64,000 nt of DNA from a virus. Below are positions 1 through 7,756 of the stretch, in pieces. The notes below the pieces were generated by a model. The model ran no database searches and had not been told where the DNA came from. It worked only from the letters and a program-made list of their open reading frames with translations. The stretch covers positions 1 to 64,000 of the IMG/VR virus record IMGVR_UViG_3300017917_002349. One strand, given 5' to 3'. The translations under genes and the position numbers were made by a program. Positions within the stretch are counted from its first letter, which is position 1, and each line of letters starts with the position of its first letter.

Positions 1-1
1 C

Positions 2-217
2 AACGCAGACGTCCAAGCATTAGGTCCGGAAAAATTCACAAGAGAAATACTTTATCTTTGCAAAAGCAAGGCAGAAATGTCATATCTAGAGGCTAGAGAA
101 CAGTTTGAACGCAGAGTTTTAGAATCAGATGACTATTATAATGGCATTATAAACGTCAGAGTAGGCGGATCAAACATACTTAGACAGCGTCTAGAAGAAC
201 ACAAAAAGGCAAAATAA
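2..217 (+). CDS. 3' fragment of GIY-YIG/SegB-like putative endonuclease (runs off window start)
   Basis: Frame 2 reads NADVQALGPEKFTREILYLCKSKAEMSYLEAREQFERRVLESDDYYNGIINVRVGG...KAK-stop. G-x-E-x-F-x-R-E-I-L and E...YN match the C-terminal half of T4-like phage GIY-YIG proteins. Confidence 0.7.
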   Translation, partial: NADVQALGPEKFTREILYLCKSKAEMSYLEAREQFERRVLESDDYYNGIINVRVGGSNILRQRLEEHKKAK

Positions 218-670
218 CGCGGTTTTTTTGGCTGGCGCAGGCCTAATTTCGTGCGCTCTAAACCTGGACATTGGTGCTCACAGGGACGGAATTCCACGCC
301 GCAGTGGTACTCAACTACTACCCATATATGGATGAAGATCGCTTAAAACCTGCGATTTAGTTGTTTGAAAAGGATTTGAAAAGGTAAAATGAGGGGAGAA
401 AAACCCCACGTATACATTAGTGATAGCAGATTAATGTATACCGCCGTTGTGTAAAGACGGAGCTCGAGGTACCGGACAACCGCCTCTGTAATGCTCTACT
501 GCTGTGTGACTTGCCGAACTCGGATAATGTTCTTAGCCCTTAACGGGCTAAGTGTGACCATTAGAATCTGGATAATGCTTAAACTTTACGCTTCGCGTAA
601 AGAAAAATTAAGAAAAGAAAAAAATGCGCTGAGCGTAAGCGATAGCGCAAAACGAGCGCAAGCTCGTTTC
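218..670 (+). ncRNA. Candidate large structured non-coding element (ncRNA or origin); family not recognised
   Basis: Many perfect hairpins in a gene-free stretch: 410-419/432-441 (10 bp), 532-552, 584-602, 649-670 (GCAA loop), and a GTAA-loop hairpin at 626-649. Confidence 0.5.
504..577 (+). repeat. Two copies of GTGTGAC-N11-GGATAATG, period 48 nt, each followed by a hairpin
   Basis: Copies at 504-529 and 552-577, read directly from the sequence. Confidence 0.8.
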
Positions 671-671
671 T

Positions 672-681
672 TAAATAAATA
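672..681 (+). promoter_or_regulatory. T4-type late promoter (TAAATA, overlapping double copy)
   Basis: TAAATAAATA about 20 nt before ORF 702; core of the T4 gp55 promoter TATAAATA. Confidence 0.55.
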
Positions 682-701
682 AACTATAATGGATTTAGGT
701 C

Positions 702-2219
702 ATGAAAATTAATAATATTCTCATCGAAGATCACATGATAAACTCTAAAATGATTCTCATAGAGTCTTGTCAAGGTCTAACTAATGATCAGAAAAGGATA
801 GTAGAAGGCATTTATAACGAGCTACGTCCCTTGATCGAAGCAAGTCTAACACCTCAGCAGGTACAAGGTGTATTTGCTGCTGTGGAAAAATCTGCCACTG
901 ACGCAGGCGGTAATAGAACATTATTGGGCAAAGGCATCGATGTGGCCAAAGCAGCAGATGCTACTATCAACAAGATCGGTAGTTGGCTGCAGAATACCAC
1001 TCCTGTAAAGGCCTTTGATCAAAAATTTGAGGACCTAAAGGCCAAGATCTCTGAAAAGTTTCCTGATCTCAGCAGCAAGGTCGCAGGTATGGGAGAATGG
1101 GCCAAGGCCAATCCCGGCAAAACCGCAGCTATCGTAGGCGTGCTCACAGCCATAGCTTCATTGGCTGGCGGACCAGTTGGCGGCGCCATAGCAGGTCAGA
1201 TACTAAGGGGTTCTGTAGAATTACTCAAAGGTGAAAAACTTTCAACTGCTATCGGCAAAGGTATCAAGACTGCGGTCTTTGGTTATCTATCAGGTAAGGC
1301 CTTTGAAATGCTGGGAGAGTTTGCACAGACCATGCGTATCAAATCTCTACCATTTGGTCCCGAGAATGCAGGATTTGAAGAAATCACTTTTGGCGCCAGC
1401 AAGACACTGACAGCTCCAGGCATGGAATGGACGCAGGAAATCGGCGGTGTGGATATCATCGTCGATCCAGAAATGGCTTCTGCGATAAGATCCGCACAGA
1501 GTCTACTAAGGGAAGGTGGAGAAGCTGCGGTAGAAGGATTTGATCAACTGAAAAATGTCGCTGATATTATTAGCAGCAAAGAATATCGAGACAACATAGT
1601 CAATACATTAGAAATAGCCAGACAGGATCTGATCAAGAATGATTCACTTTTAAATTGGATCACTGCTGCTAAACAGGGCCTAATGGCAGCATCACAAGGT
1701 GGTGTGGCTGCTTCGGGAGTCAAAGGCAGCCTAGACAAAAAAGAAAGTCGTTACATCCAAAAACGTCCGTTGAGTGAAGGTCAGGTATATTTGGTATTCA
1801 ACAAAGTTGAGCAGCTCAACGAAGGTCCCATGGACATGATCAAGAAAGCGGGCGCAAAAATATCTCAGATGGGCACTAACCTAACTACCAAGATCACCGC
1901 AGACAAATTGAATTCTGCTTGGCAGAAAGCAGGTTCTCCCACTGACTCAGATCAGTTAGCAGATTTTCTTGGCAAACAAAATATCAGTGCTGACATCATT
2001 AAGTCAGTATATGATACTATGAAATTACCTGCACCGGGTACAGGTAAAGCTCTGGCTGATCTTGAATCAGTTAAACAGATCATAGCTAAATTACCTGTAG
2101 ATCGCAAGGCTAGATTATTAAAATATCTCATGGGCGGAGCCAAAGGCATGAAACAGCAGGCCACTATAGATGCTGATAGAGAAAGATTATTACCCCAGGC
2201 CGCCGAGGACATCAAATGA
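702..2219 (+). CDS. Hypothetical protein, candidate internal head/ejected protein with Gly-zipper hydrophobic segment
   Basis: 505 aa ORF. N-terminus MKINNILIE resembles a capsid-targeting sequence; hydrophobic segment AAIVGVLTAIASLAGGPVGGAIAG; late promoter upstream. Confidence 0.6.
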   Translation: MKINNILIEDHMINSKMILIESCQGLTNDQKRIVEGIYNELRPLIEASLTPQQVQGVFAAVEKSATDAGGNRTLLGKGIDVAKAADATINKIGSWLQNTTPVKAFDQKFEDLKAKISEKFPDLSSKVAGMGEWAKANPGKTAAIVGVLTAIASLAGGPVGGAIAGQILRGSVELLKGEKLSTAIGKGIKTAVFGYLSGKAFEMLGEFAQTMRIKSLPFGPENAGFEEITFGASKTLTAPGMEWTQEIGGVDIIVDPEMASAIRSAQSLLREGGEAAVEGFDQLKNVADIISSKEYRDNIVNTLEIARQDLIKNDSLLNWITAAKQGLMAASQGGVAASGVKGSLDKKESRYIQKRPLSEGQVYLVFNKVEQLNEGPMDMIKKAGAKISQMGTNLTTKITADKLNSAWQKAGSPTDSDQLADFLGKQNISADIIKSVYDTMKLPAPGTGKALADLESVKQIIAKLPVDRKARLLKYLMGGAKGMKQQATIDADRERLLPQAAEDIK

Positions 2220-3097
2220 AAATAAACGACATACTAACAGAAGATCAAAAACTGGAACTTCATTATCTACAAGAAGGCCCTATACTTAATAAATTTGGAC
2301 AGGGTGTAGGCAAGGTCGCTGGCACTGCTGCCAAAGCAGTTGGTTCAGTGGCCGGCGGAGTTGCAGGACTAGGATCAGCATTTATGAAAGGTTTTAGAGG
2401 TGGCAAGAGTACTGTGGCTGCCGCAGGCGATGAGGATGAAGGTGATACAGCAGCACCTAGCACAGGGAGCGGGAAACCTGCAAGCAGTAGCGGAGCATCA
2501 TCAGGAAGTGCGACCGCACCAGCAGCTGCCCCAGCAGCAGCACCTAAAACCGCTGCTGCACCAAAAAGCGATTTTGGCAAGTTGACCACAGCAGCAGCAG
2601 GTGGCGCTGCTCCTGACGGAAGAATCGAACCTACACTAGCAGAACCAAAGAGCGACAGTGCTTATGCTCAAGCTCAAAAAGCAGTAGACGGTCTTCCACC
2701 AGAACAGAAAAAAGAGATCATAACTATGTTACAGGCAGACCCTAAGGTCAAAGCAGCCATGGAAAAACCTGTGTCTAAGAAACCCGCAGCTAAACCTGCA
2801 CCAGCAGCACCAACAGGCAATTATGATGGTAATACCGGAGCACCATTATCAGATAAAGCCAAAGCAGATGCTGCATTTGATGCTAGTCCTGAAGGAAAAG
2901 CATTACAAGCCAAAGTAGATGCAATGGGAACCGCACCGGCTACACCTAAAAAGAGAGCAGCACCTAAAAAGAAAGCTCAACCAACACAGGCTGAAATTGA
3001 TGCCGATAGAGAAAGACTCATGGGACCAACTTCTGACAGTGTGGTAAGAAAAGGTCCAAGTCTAGTTGAAAATTTTAGTCTATACCGTAGGAATTAA
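2216..3097 (+). CDS. Hypothetical Ala/Pro/Lys-rich protein, candidate internal head protein
   Basis: 293 aa ORF coupled to the upstream gene (ATGA overlap). MKINDILTE start; shares IDADRERL motif with ORF 702. Confidence 0.6.
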   Translation: MKINDILTEDQKLELHYLQEGPILNKFGQGVGKVAGTAAKAVGSVAGGVAGLGSAFMKGFRGGKSTVAAAGDEDEGDTAAPSTGSGKPASSSGASSGSATAPAAAPAAAPKTAAAPKSDFGKLTTAAAGGAAPDGRIEPTLAEPKSDSAYAQAQKAVDGLPPEQKKEIITMLQADPKVKAAMEKPVSKKPAAKPAPAAPTGNYDGNTGAPLSDKAKADAAFDASPEGKALQAKVDAMGTAPATPKKRAAPKKKAQPTQAEIDADRERLMGPTSDSVVRKGPSLVENFSLYRRN

Positions 3098-3330
3098 AAG
3101 AAAGGCAATCCGGTTTTTTTAGTTGTTTCTAGATTGTCTTTGATTATTTCGCCAATGAGATTTCTTTCCTCGTAGCTGAGCATCATTGCATCAGCATAGC
3201 TCATGCCTCTCATATACCAACAGATCTTGAGTAGATCTTTTTTTATGGCAACGGCCTCTTTTTCTATTTGTTGTACGTATTCAAGGATCTCAGGCTGAGG
3301 CAGTATTAAGACCCTTTGGCGAAAAAATTT
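3094..3330 (-). CDS. gp51-like/tail-assembly chaperone C-terminal module, probably reached by -1 frameshift from the upstream gene
   Basis: ORF ...ICWYMRGMSYADAMMLSYEERNLIGEIIKDNLETTKKTGLPFF overlaps the 3' end of 3306-4172 in the -1 frame at a slippery run; no convincing own start or RBS. Confidence 0.6.
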   Translation of the reverse strand, partial: KFFRQRVLILPQPEILEYVQQIEKEAVAIKKDLLKICWYMRGMSYADAMMLSYEERNLIGEIIKDNLETTKKTGLPFF

Positions 3331-4172
3331 GTCTGATCCATGCTCACAGACACAGTCCAATGATGTTTACATTCTGAACATTCCACGTCCTGAGCTTTAA
3401 GTTCCATAAGTTCTTTCATATCTCTAATATGATCGTTTACTGTATTGAACACAGTGCTGTCTGAATTTTCCATAAAATCTAAAATCATTTTTTGATCAGT
3501 AACATCACCTTCTGGAGTAGAAATTTTAGTGATACAACCTGCCACCACATCTACGGTCATTTCTGTAAGTTTAACAAAACTTTCTCCAAACTTTTCAATT
3601 TTTTCTTCGTCTGGCATGTTTGGATCATTGACCACTTGAAAAATTTTCTGTTGTTCTAATGTCTTGATTGCTGTCTTTGTGATTTCTTTATAGCTGTATG
3701 GTCTTAAATGTACAGTCAAATGACCAAGATTAATTTCTGAAGAATATCTAAATTTATAGGTTTCTTCTAGATAACTTAATAAATTCATCTGATAATCATT
3801 TAAATGATTACAACTAGGACATGAACCTGTGATCTCCATGTGTTCGCCATAGGTGGCTATTCTAATAGCGATCAAACAAGCGTCTAGATCGATACTAGGC
3901 ATTAACCAAGGTTCCTTAATAGCTGGTATACAGCTTTTAAGAACTTCAACAGTGGCTTGACCGTTCATTAGAGCATCTGGTGTCTTAAACATCAGTTCAT
4001 CTTTGGCAGTCATAGCATATACGGCGTATTCTTCGTTTTGACTTACGTCTAAGGCGCCTTCAGGATAAAATTCACCTCGACTGGGTAATTTCATGTATAA
4101 CTTTGGTTGTCTAAAATAATTAGCAAGAGGATTAGACGCCCTCTTTAATTGCTGATTGGATTGATCCATCAT
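3306..4172 (-). CDS. gp26: Baseplate hub assembly / tail chaperone protein (T4 gp26-like)
   Basis: LPSRG..Y, MTAKDE, D.DACLIAIRIATYG and two CxxC pairs (CPSC, CSEC); ends in NFF; divergent from the tape-measure gene. Confidence 0.7.
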   Translation of the reverse strand: MMDQSNQQLKRASNPLANYFRQPKLYMKLPSRGEFYPEGALDVSQNEEYAVYAMTAKDELMFKTPDALMNGQATVEVLKSCIPAIKEPWLMPSIDLDACLIAIRIATYGEHMEITGSCPSCNHLNDYQMNLLSYLEETYKFRYSSEINLGHLTVHLRPYSYKEITKTAIKTLEQQKIFQVVNDPNMPDEEKIEKFGESFVKLTEMTVDVVAGCITKISTPEGDVTDQKMILDFMENSDSTVFNTVNDHIRDMKELMELKAQDVECSECKHHWTVSVSMDQTNFFAKGS

Positions 4173-4184
4173 TTTTTTCCCCGA

Positions 4185-4213
4185 TAAATAATTTATCTAC
4201 TCATATATTTATA
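4185..4213. promoter_or_regulatory. Face-to-face late promoters: TAAATA (+, 4185-4190) and TATAAATA (-, 4206-4213)
   Basis: The minus-strand copy is the exact T4 late consensus and points to the gp26-like gene; the plus-strand copy points to the tape-measure gene. Confidence 0.6.
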
Positions 4214-4239
4214 TGCGCAGTTTTCATGGATTTTACTAA

Positions 4240-7200
4240 ATGGCAGACGTAACTGGCGATCTCGGCGGACAACCCATACAGCTCAATAATGCAGCGACCG
4301 AAATAACTCTCAAGCAGATTTTGGCTGCTATGCTGGCCCAGACTGCGGCTATGGCCAAGGCAGGACGTGGCGGCACTGGGGGTATGGATCCTAAAACTTT
4401 CAAAGAGTTAGAAAAGGAACTGGCCAGACTGGCCAAGGCTTCAAAGGAACAACAAGAAGCTGCTAAAAAAGCTACCGAACAGACCAAAGAAGAAACCGAA
4501 GCATCAAAAAAGGCGCTTGAACAAGAAAAGAAAAAAGGGTTATTCAGTGACAAACAACTGAAACAGATGCAGACTACTATCAGTAGTCTTGGTACACTAG
4601 GTTCAGCAGTTTCTGGAGTGGCCCTAGGCATGACTAATCTCATGTCTGCACTAGCCAATACCGGCAACAGCATGAGTGCTGCTGCACAGACCATGAACAG
4701 CATACCCATAGTTGGCGGTGTGTTGGCAGGAGTATTTGGTGCTGTAGCAGGAGCCGCAGAAAAAACCTATAAAGCATTTCAACAAAGTGCATCGGTGGGT
4801 GCTAATTTTGGCGGTAGTATAACTACCATGATCAATTCTGCTACTAGCGCAGGATTGACATTTGAACAGTTCTCTGGAATAATTGCAAGGAATGGACAAC
4901 AATTGGCCTTACTTGGCGGTACTTCTGAAGAAGGTGCCAAGCGACTAGCACAGCTAGGCAAGACTATTAAGAACACACCACTGGGCAATGATCTAGCTAG
5001 GCTAGGTTATAGTACTGAGCAGATCAATGAAGGTTTTGCCAAATATTCGTCACAGTTGGCTTCTACAGGAAAATTACAAGGTATGAGTAATGCTCAATTG
5101 GTCGCACAGACCGGAGCGTATCTACAAGACCTTGATGCATTAACTAAACTCACTGGTAAGAATCGTGCAGATCTAGAAAAAGAAAGAGAAGCTAGACTTA
5201 AAGATGCACAATTTAGAAACATCATGAGTAAGTTAGATGTTGACAGCCAACGTAATCTACAAAATCTGATGGACAGTATTCCTGCTGAACATCAGGAAGG
5301 TATGAAAGAAATTATAGCCACAGGTACTGCTACCAGCGAAGCAGGTAAAAAAGCTTTGGCATTCTTGCCTGACAGTGCTAGAAATATGATGCAGTTAAAT
5401 CAGCAGATCCGTACCACAGGTAAGATGGGAGCAGATCAAGCAGCTAGGATCAATGCTGCATATAAGGCAGAAGTGGATAATTTTACCAAATCCGGTGTAG
5501 CAGAAAATATGGCCTTATACGGAGATGATGCCAGTAAGCGTTTCTATGTAGGTGCTATGGATGCTGCTGCTAATCAAAAAACTCTAGGTCAGGTACAAGC
5601 TGAACAACAGAAGGCCGCAGCAGAAAGAGCTGCTAAAGAAAAACAACTTCAGGCAGAAGGTCTTGATCCCGCTAAACTCAAAGAGTATCAAGAAAAAATA
5701 GCACAGACCAGTAATACCTTTACTAAATTTTTAGCCACCAGCGGATTGCTAGATACAATGATGCAGGCATTTACCATGCTCACTGATTTTACTATGAATT
5801 ATGTTGTGCCCGCATTTCAATTTATGGCTAGAAATTTTGAAACAATAGTTTTAGTTGCTACACCGTTAATCGCAATATTTGCCTTATTAAAGGCTGCAAT
5901 ATTCGCACATAATGTCGTACAGGCCCTACAGACTCTAGGACTAACAGCATCTCTAGCACCTTTAGCTGCTCTAGCAGGCGCAGCTCTCTCCGTAGCCTTA
6001 CCTTTACTGGCTCTAGTAGCCGCAGGATATGCTCTATATAAAGGCTTTCAATGGATCTCAGACAAGGTCAAAGAAGCTGGTTGGAGTTTCAGTGATGTAT
6101 TTGAAGCCATAGGCGATAATTTAAAACGATTCGCATTGTTTTATACTGACATATGGTTAGCCATAGCCGAAAAAGTTGCTAAGTTCTTTGGTGGAGGAGA
6201 TACTATCAAAGCCATGCGAGAACGCATAGCAGAAGAACAAAAAGAATTAGACGAAAAAGAAAAGGCTAGAGATCAAAGACGCAAAGAAGCCGGTGACAAA
6301 TATAAACAAGAAAAAGCTCTCAAAGAACAAAAAGATAAAGAGCTCGAAGCTTCTAAAAAATTAACAGAACAAAAAACACAAGAAGCCAAAGCAGGCTCAG
6401 CAGCCACTGAAGCTACTGCGTCGGCCAATGCAGCACCTCCTCCTATAGATTTCAGCAGTCCGCAGAAAATGTTTGACAGCATGAAAAAGAGAATGGAAGG
6501 TCAAGCACAGACTCAAACACAGCCCGGTACCACAACCACTGCTCCTATGACCGGAACAGCACCTACAGCTCCGATCAATCAAGACGTAAAGAAAAATCTC
6601 GAATTGGTTAAAGCAGCGATGATCAAACAGGGTATAACTGATCCTAAGTATATTGCTGCTACTTTAGGCAATGTCATGAAAGAAACCGGCGGTAAGAGCA
6701 TATCCGAAAATATGAACTATGCAGGTACTTCTAACGATAGAATTAGAAAGATTTTTGGATCTAGGGCTGCCGGAAAAACTGATGCTGAGCTTGATGCTAT
6801 AAAGGCAGATCCTACAAAGATGGGCGAAATGATGTATGGTTCTGGTACTAAGATGGGCCAGCAGATGGGCAATACAGAACCTGGTGATGGATTCAAATAT
6901 CGAGGCCGTGGTTTTATACAGCTCACAGGCAAGAATAATTATGCGGCCGCTTCTAAGGCGATTTATGGAGATGATAGATTAGTTCAAAATCCAGACCTAG
7001 TGAATAATCCTGACGTAGCAGCACAGGTAGCAGCTTGGTATATGAAGAAAGGTCAGACTAACATGGCCGCTAATCTAGGAATCAATACAGCTAACATGTC
7101 ACAAGAACAGGCTAATCTATTAGCCACTAGCCAGATTGCCGGCGGTGATATTAGGAAAAAAGGCGCCATAGGAGCAGAAATATCTGCCAAGGTAGATAAG

Positions 7201-7743
7201 TTTAGCACACAAGTAGCTGGTATTGCTGGAGCTCCTGTGTCCGCTGACGCACAGGCAGCTATGACCACAGTGGCCGCTGCACAACCAGGGAACAAGAAAT
7301 TAGAAGAAGATTGGGCTTACAGTGTGATGTTGGGCAAGTCCACTATGGACAAGGTTCCTGCAAACCTCAGACAGAATGTTGCTGCACTGATTAAAAATCC
7401 TCCATCACATTGGCAAAAAGCATTGGCATCTGCCAATGTTCAAACTCCAACGGCACAGGCAACTCCGGCAGCATCAACTACGCAGGCAGCACTATCCAAA
7501 CCAGAAGAATCCAAACCAACAGATGTAGCCGCAGAGCAGGAACGTATTAGAAGAGAAGGTAAACAGGTTGCCGGAACAACTCCTGCAGGTGCTCAAGAAA
7601 CTCCTGCAAGCCTGCTGTCAACGTTAAATACTAAGATGGATACTTTGATTTCAATAACTCGCCGTGTAAATGAAGTAAATGAAAGACAATTATCTGTACA
7701 GAGAAACATAGCTCAAAGTGGCGACCTTTATTCCGCTGCTTAA
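4240..7743 (+). CDS. Tape-measure-like protein with GH19 (chitinase/lysozyme-like) muralytic domain
   Basis: 1167 aa, helical and Ala-rich with a hydrophobic stretch. GH19 motifs ETGG..ISEN, GNTEPGDGFKYRGRGFIQLTGKNNY and NPDLV at about 6600-7050. Confidence 0.8.
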   Translation: MADVTGDLGGQPIQLNNAATEITLKQILAAMLAQTAAMAKAGRGGTGGMDPKTFKELEKELARLAKASKEQQEAAKKATEQTKEETEASKKALEQEKKKGLFSDKQLKQMQTTISSLGTLGSAVSGVALGMTNLMSALANTGNSMSAAAQTMNSIPIVGGVLAGVFGAVAGAAEKTYKAFQQSASVGANFGGSITTMINSATSAGLTFEQFSGIIARNGQQLALLGGTSEEGAKRLAQLGKTIKNTPLGNDLARLGYSTEQINEGFAKYSSQLASTGKLQGMSNAQLVAQTGAYLQDLDALTKLTGKNRADLEKEREARLKDAQFRNIMSKLDVDSQRNLQNLMDSIPAEHQEGMKEIIATGTATSEAGKKALAFLPDSARNMMQLNQQIRTTGKMGADQAARINAAYKAEVDNFTKSGVAENMALYGDDASKRFYVGAMDAAANQKTLGQVQAEQQKAAAERAAKEKQLQAEGLDPAKLKEYQEKIAQTSNTFTKFLATSGLLDTMMQAFTMLTDFTMNYVVPAFQFMARNFETIVLVATPLIAIFALLKAAIFAHNVVQALQTLGLTASLAPLAALAGAALSVALPLLALVAAGYALYKGFQWISDKVKEAGWSFSDVFEAIGDNLKRFALFYTDIWLAIAEKVAKFFGGGDTIKAMRERIAEEQKELDEKEKARDQRRKEAGDKYKQEKALKEQKDKELEASKKLTEQKTQEAKAGSAATEATASANAAPPPIDFSSPQKMFDSMKKRMEGQAQTQTQPGTTTTAPMTGTAPTAPINQDVKKNLELVKAAMIKQGITDPKYIAATLGNVMKETGGKSISENMNYAGTSNDRIRKIFGSRAAGKTDAELDAIKADPTKMGEMMYGSGTKMGQQMGNTEPGDGFKYRGRGFIQLTGKNNYAAASKAIYGDDRLVQNPDLVNNPDVAAQVAAWYMKKGQTNMAANLGINTANMSQEQANLLATSQIAGGDIRKKGAIGAEISAKVDKFSTQVAGIAGAPVSADAQAAMTTVAAAQPGNKKLEEDWAYSVMLGKSTMDKVPANLRQNVAALIKNPPSHWQKALASANVQTPTAQATPAASTTQAALSKPEESKPTDVAAEQERIRREGKQVAGTTPAGAQETPASLLSTLNTKMDTLISITRRVNEVNERQLSVQRNIAQSGDLYSAA

Positions 7744-7756
7744 GGAAAAATAATTA

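Noticed and set aside
504-577. Possible CRISPR or TIGR-type array
   Set aside because: Only two units, no clear box C/D motifs, and no cas or Nop-domain gene in the window.
218-670. Group I/II intron, RNase P or tmRNA identity
   Set aside because: Could not find their conserved core motifs, and the flanking ORFs do not look like split exons.
491-682. 63 aa ORF in the intergenic region
   Set aside because: Lies entirely over hairpins and an A-tract, with no RBS or recognisable motifs; likely spurious.
3331-3360. Annotated start of the 88 aa minus-strand ORF (MDCVCEH)
   Set aside because: Non-ATG start deep inside the gp26-like gene with no RBS; frameshift entry fits better.
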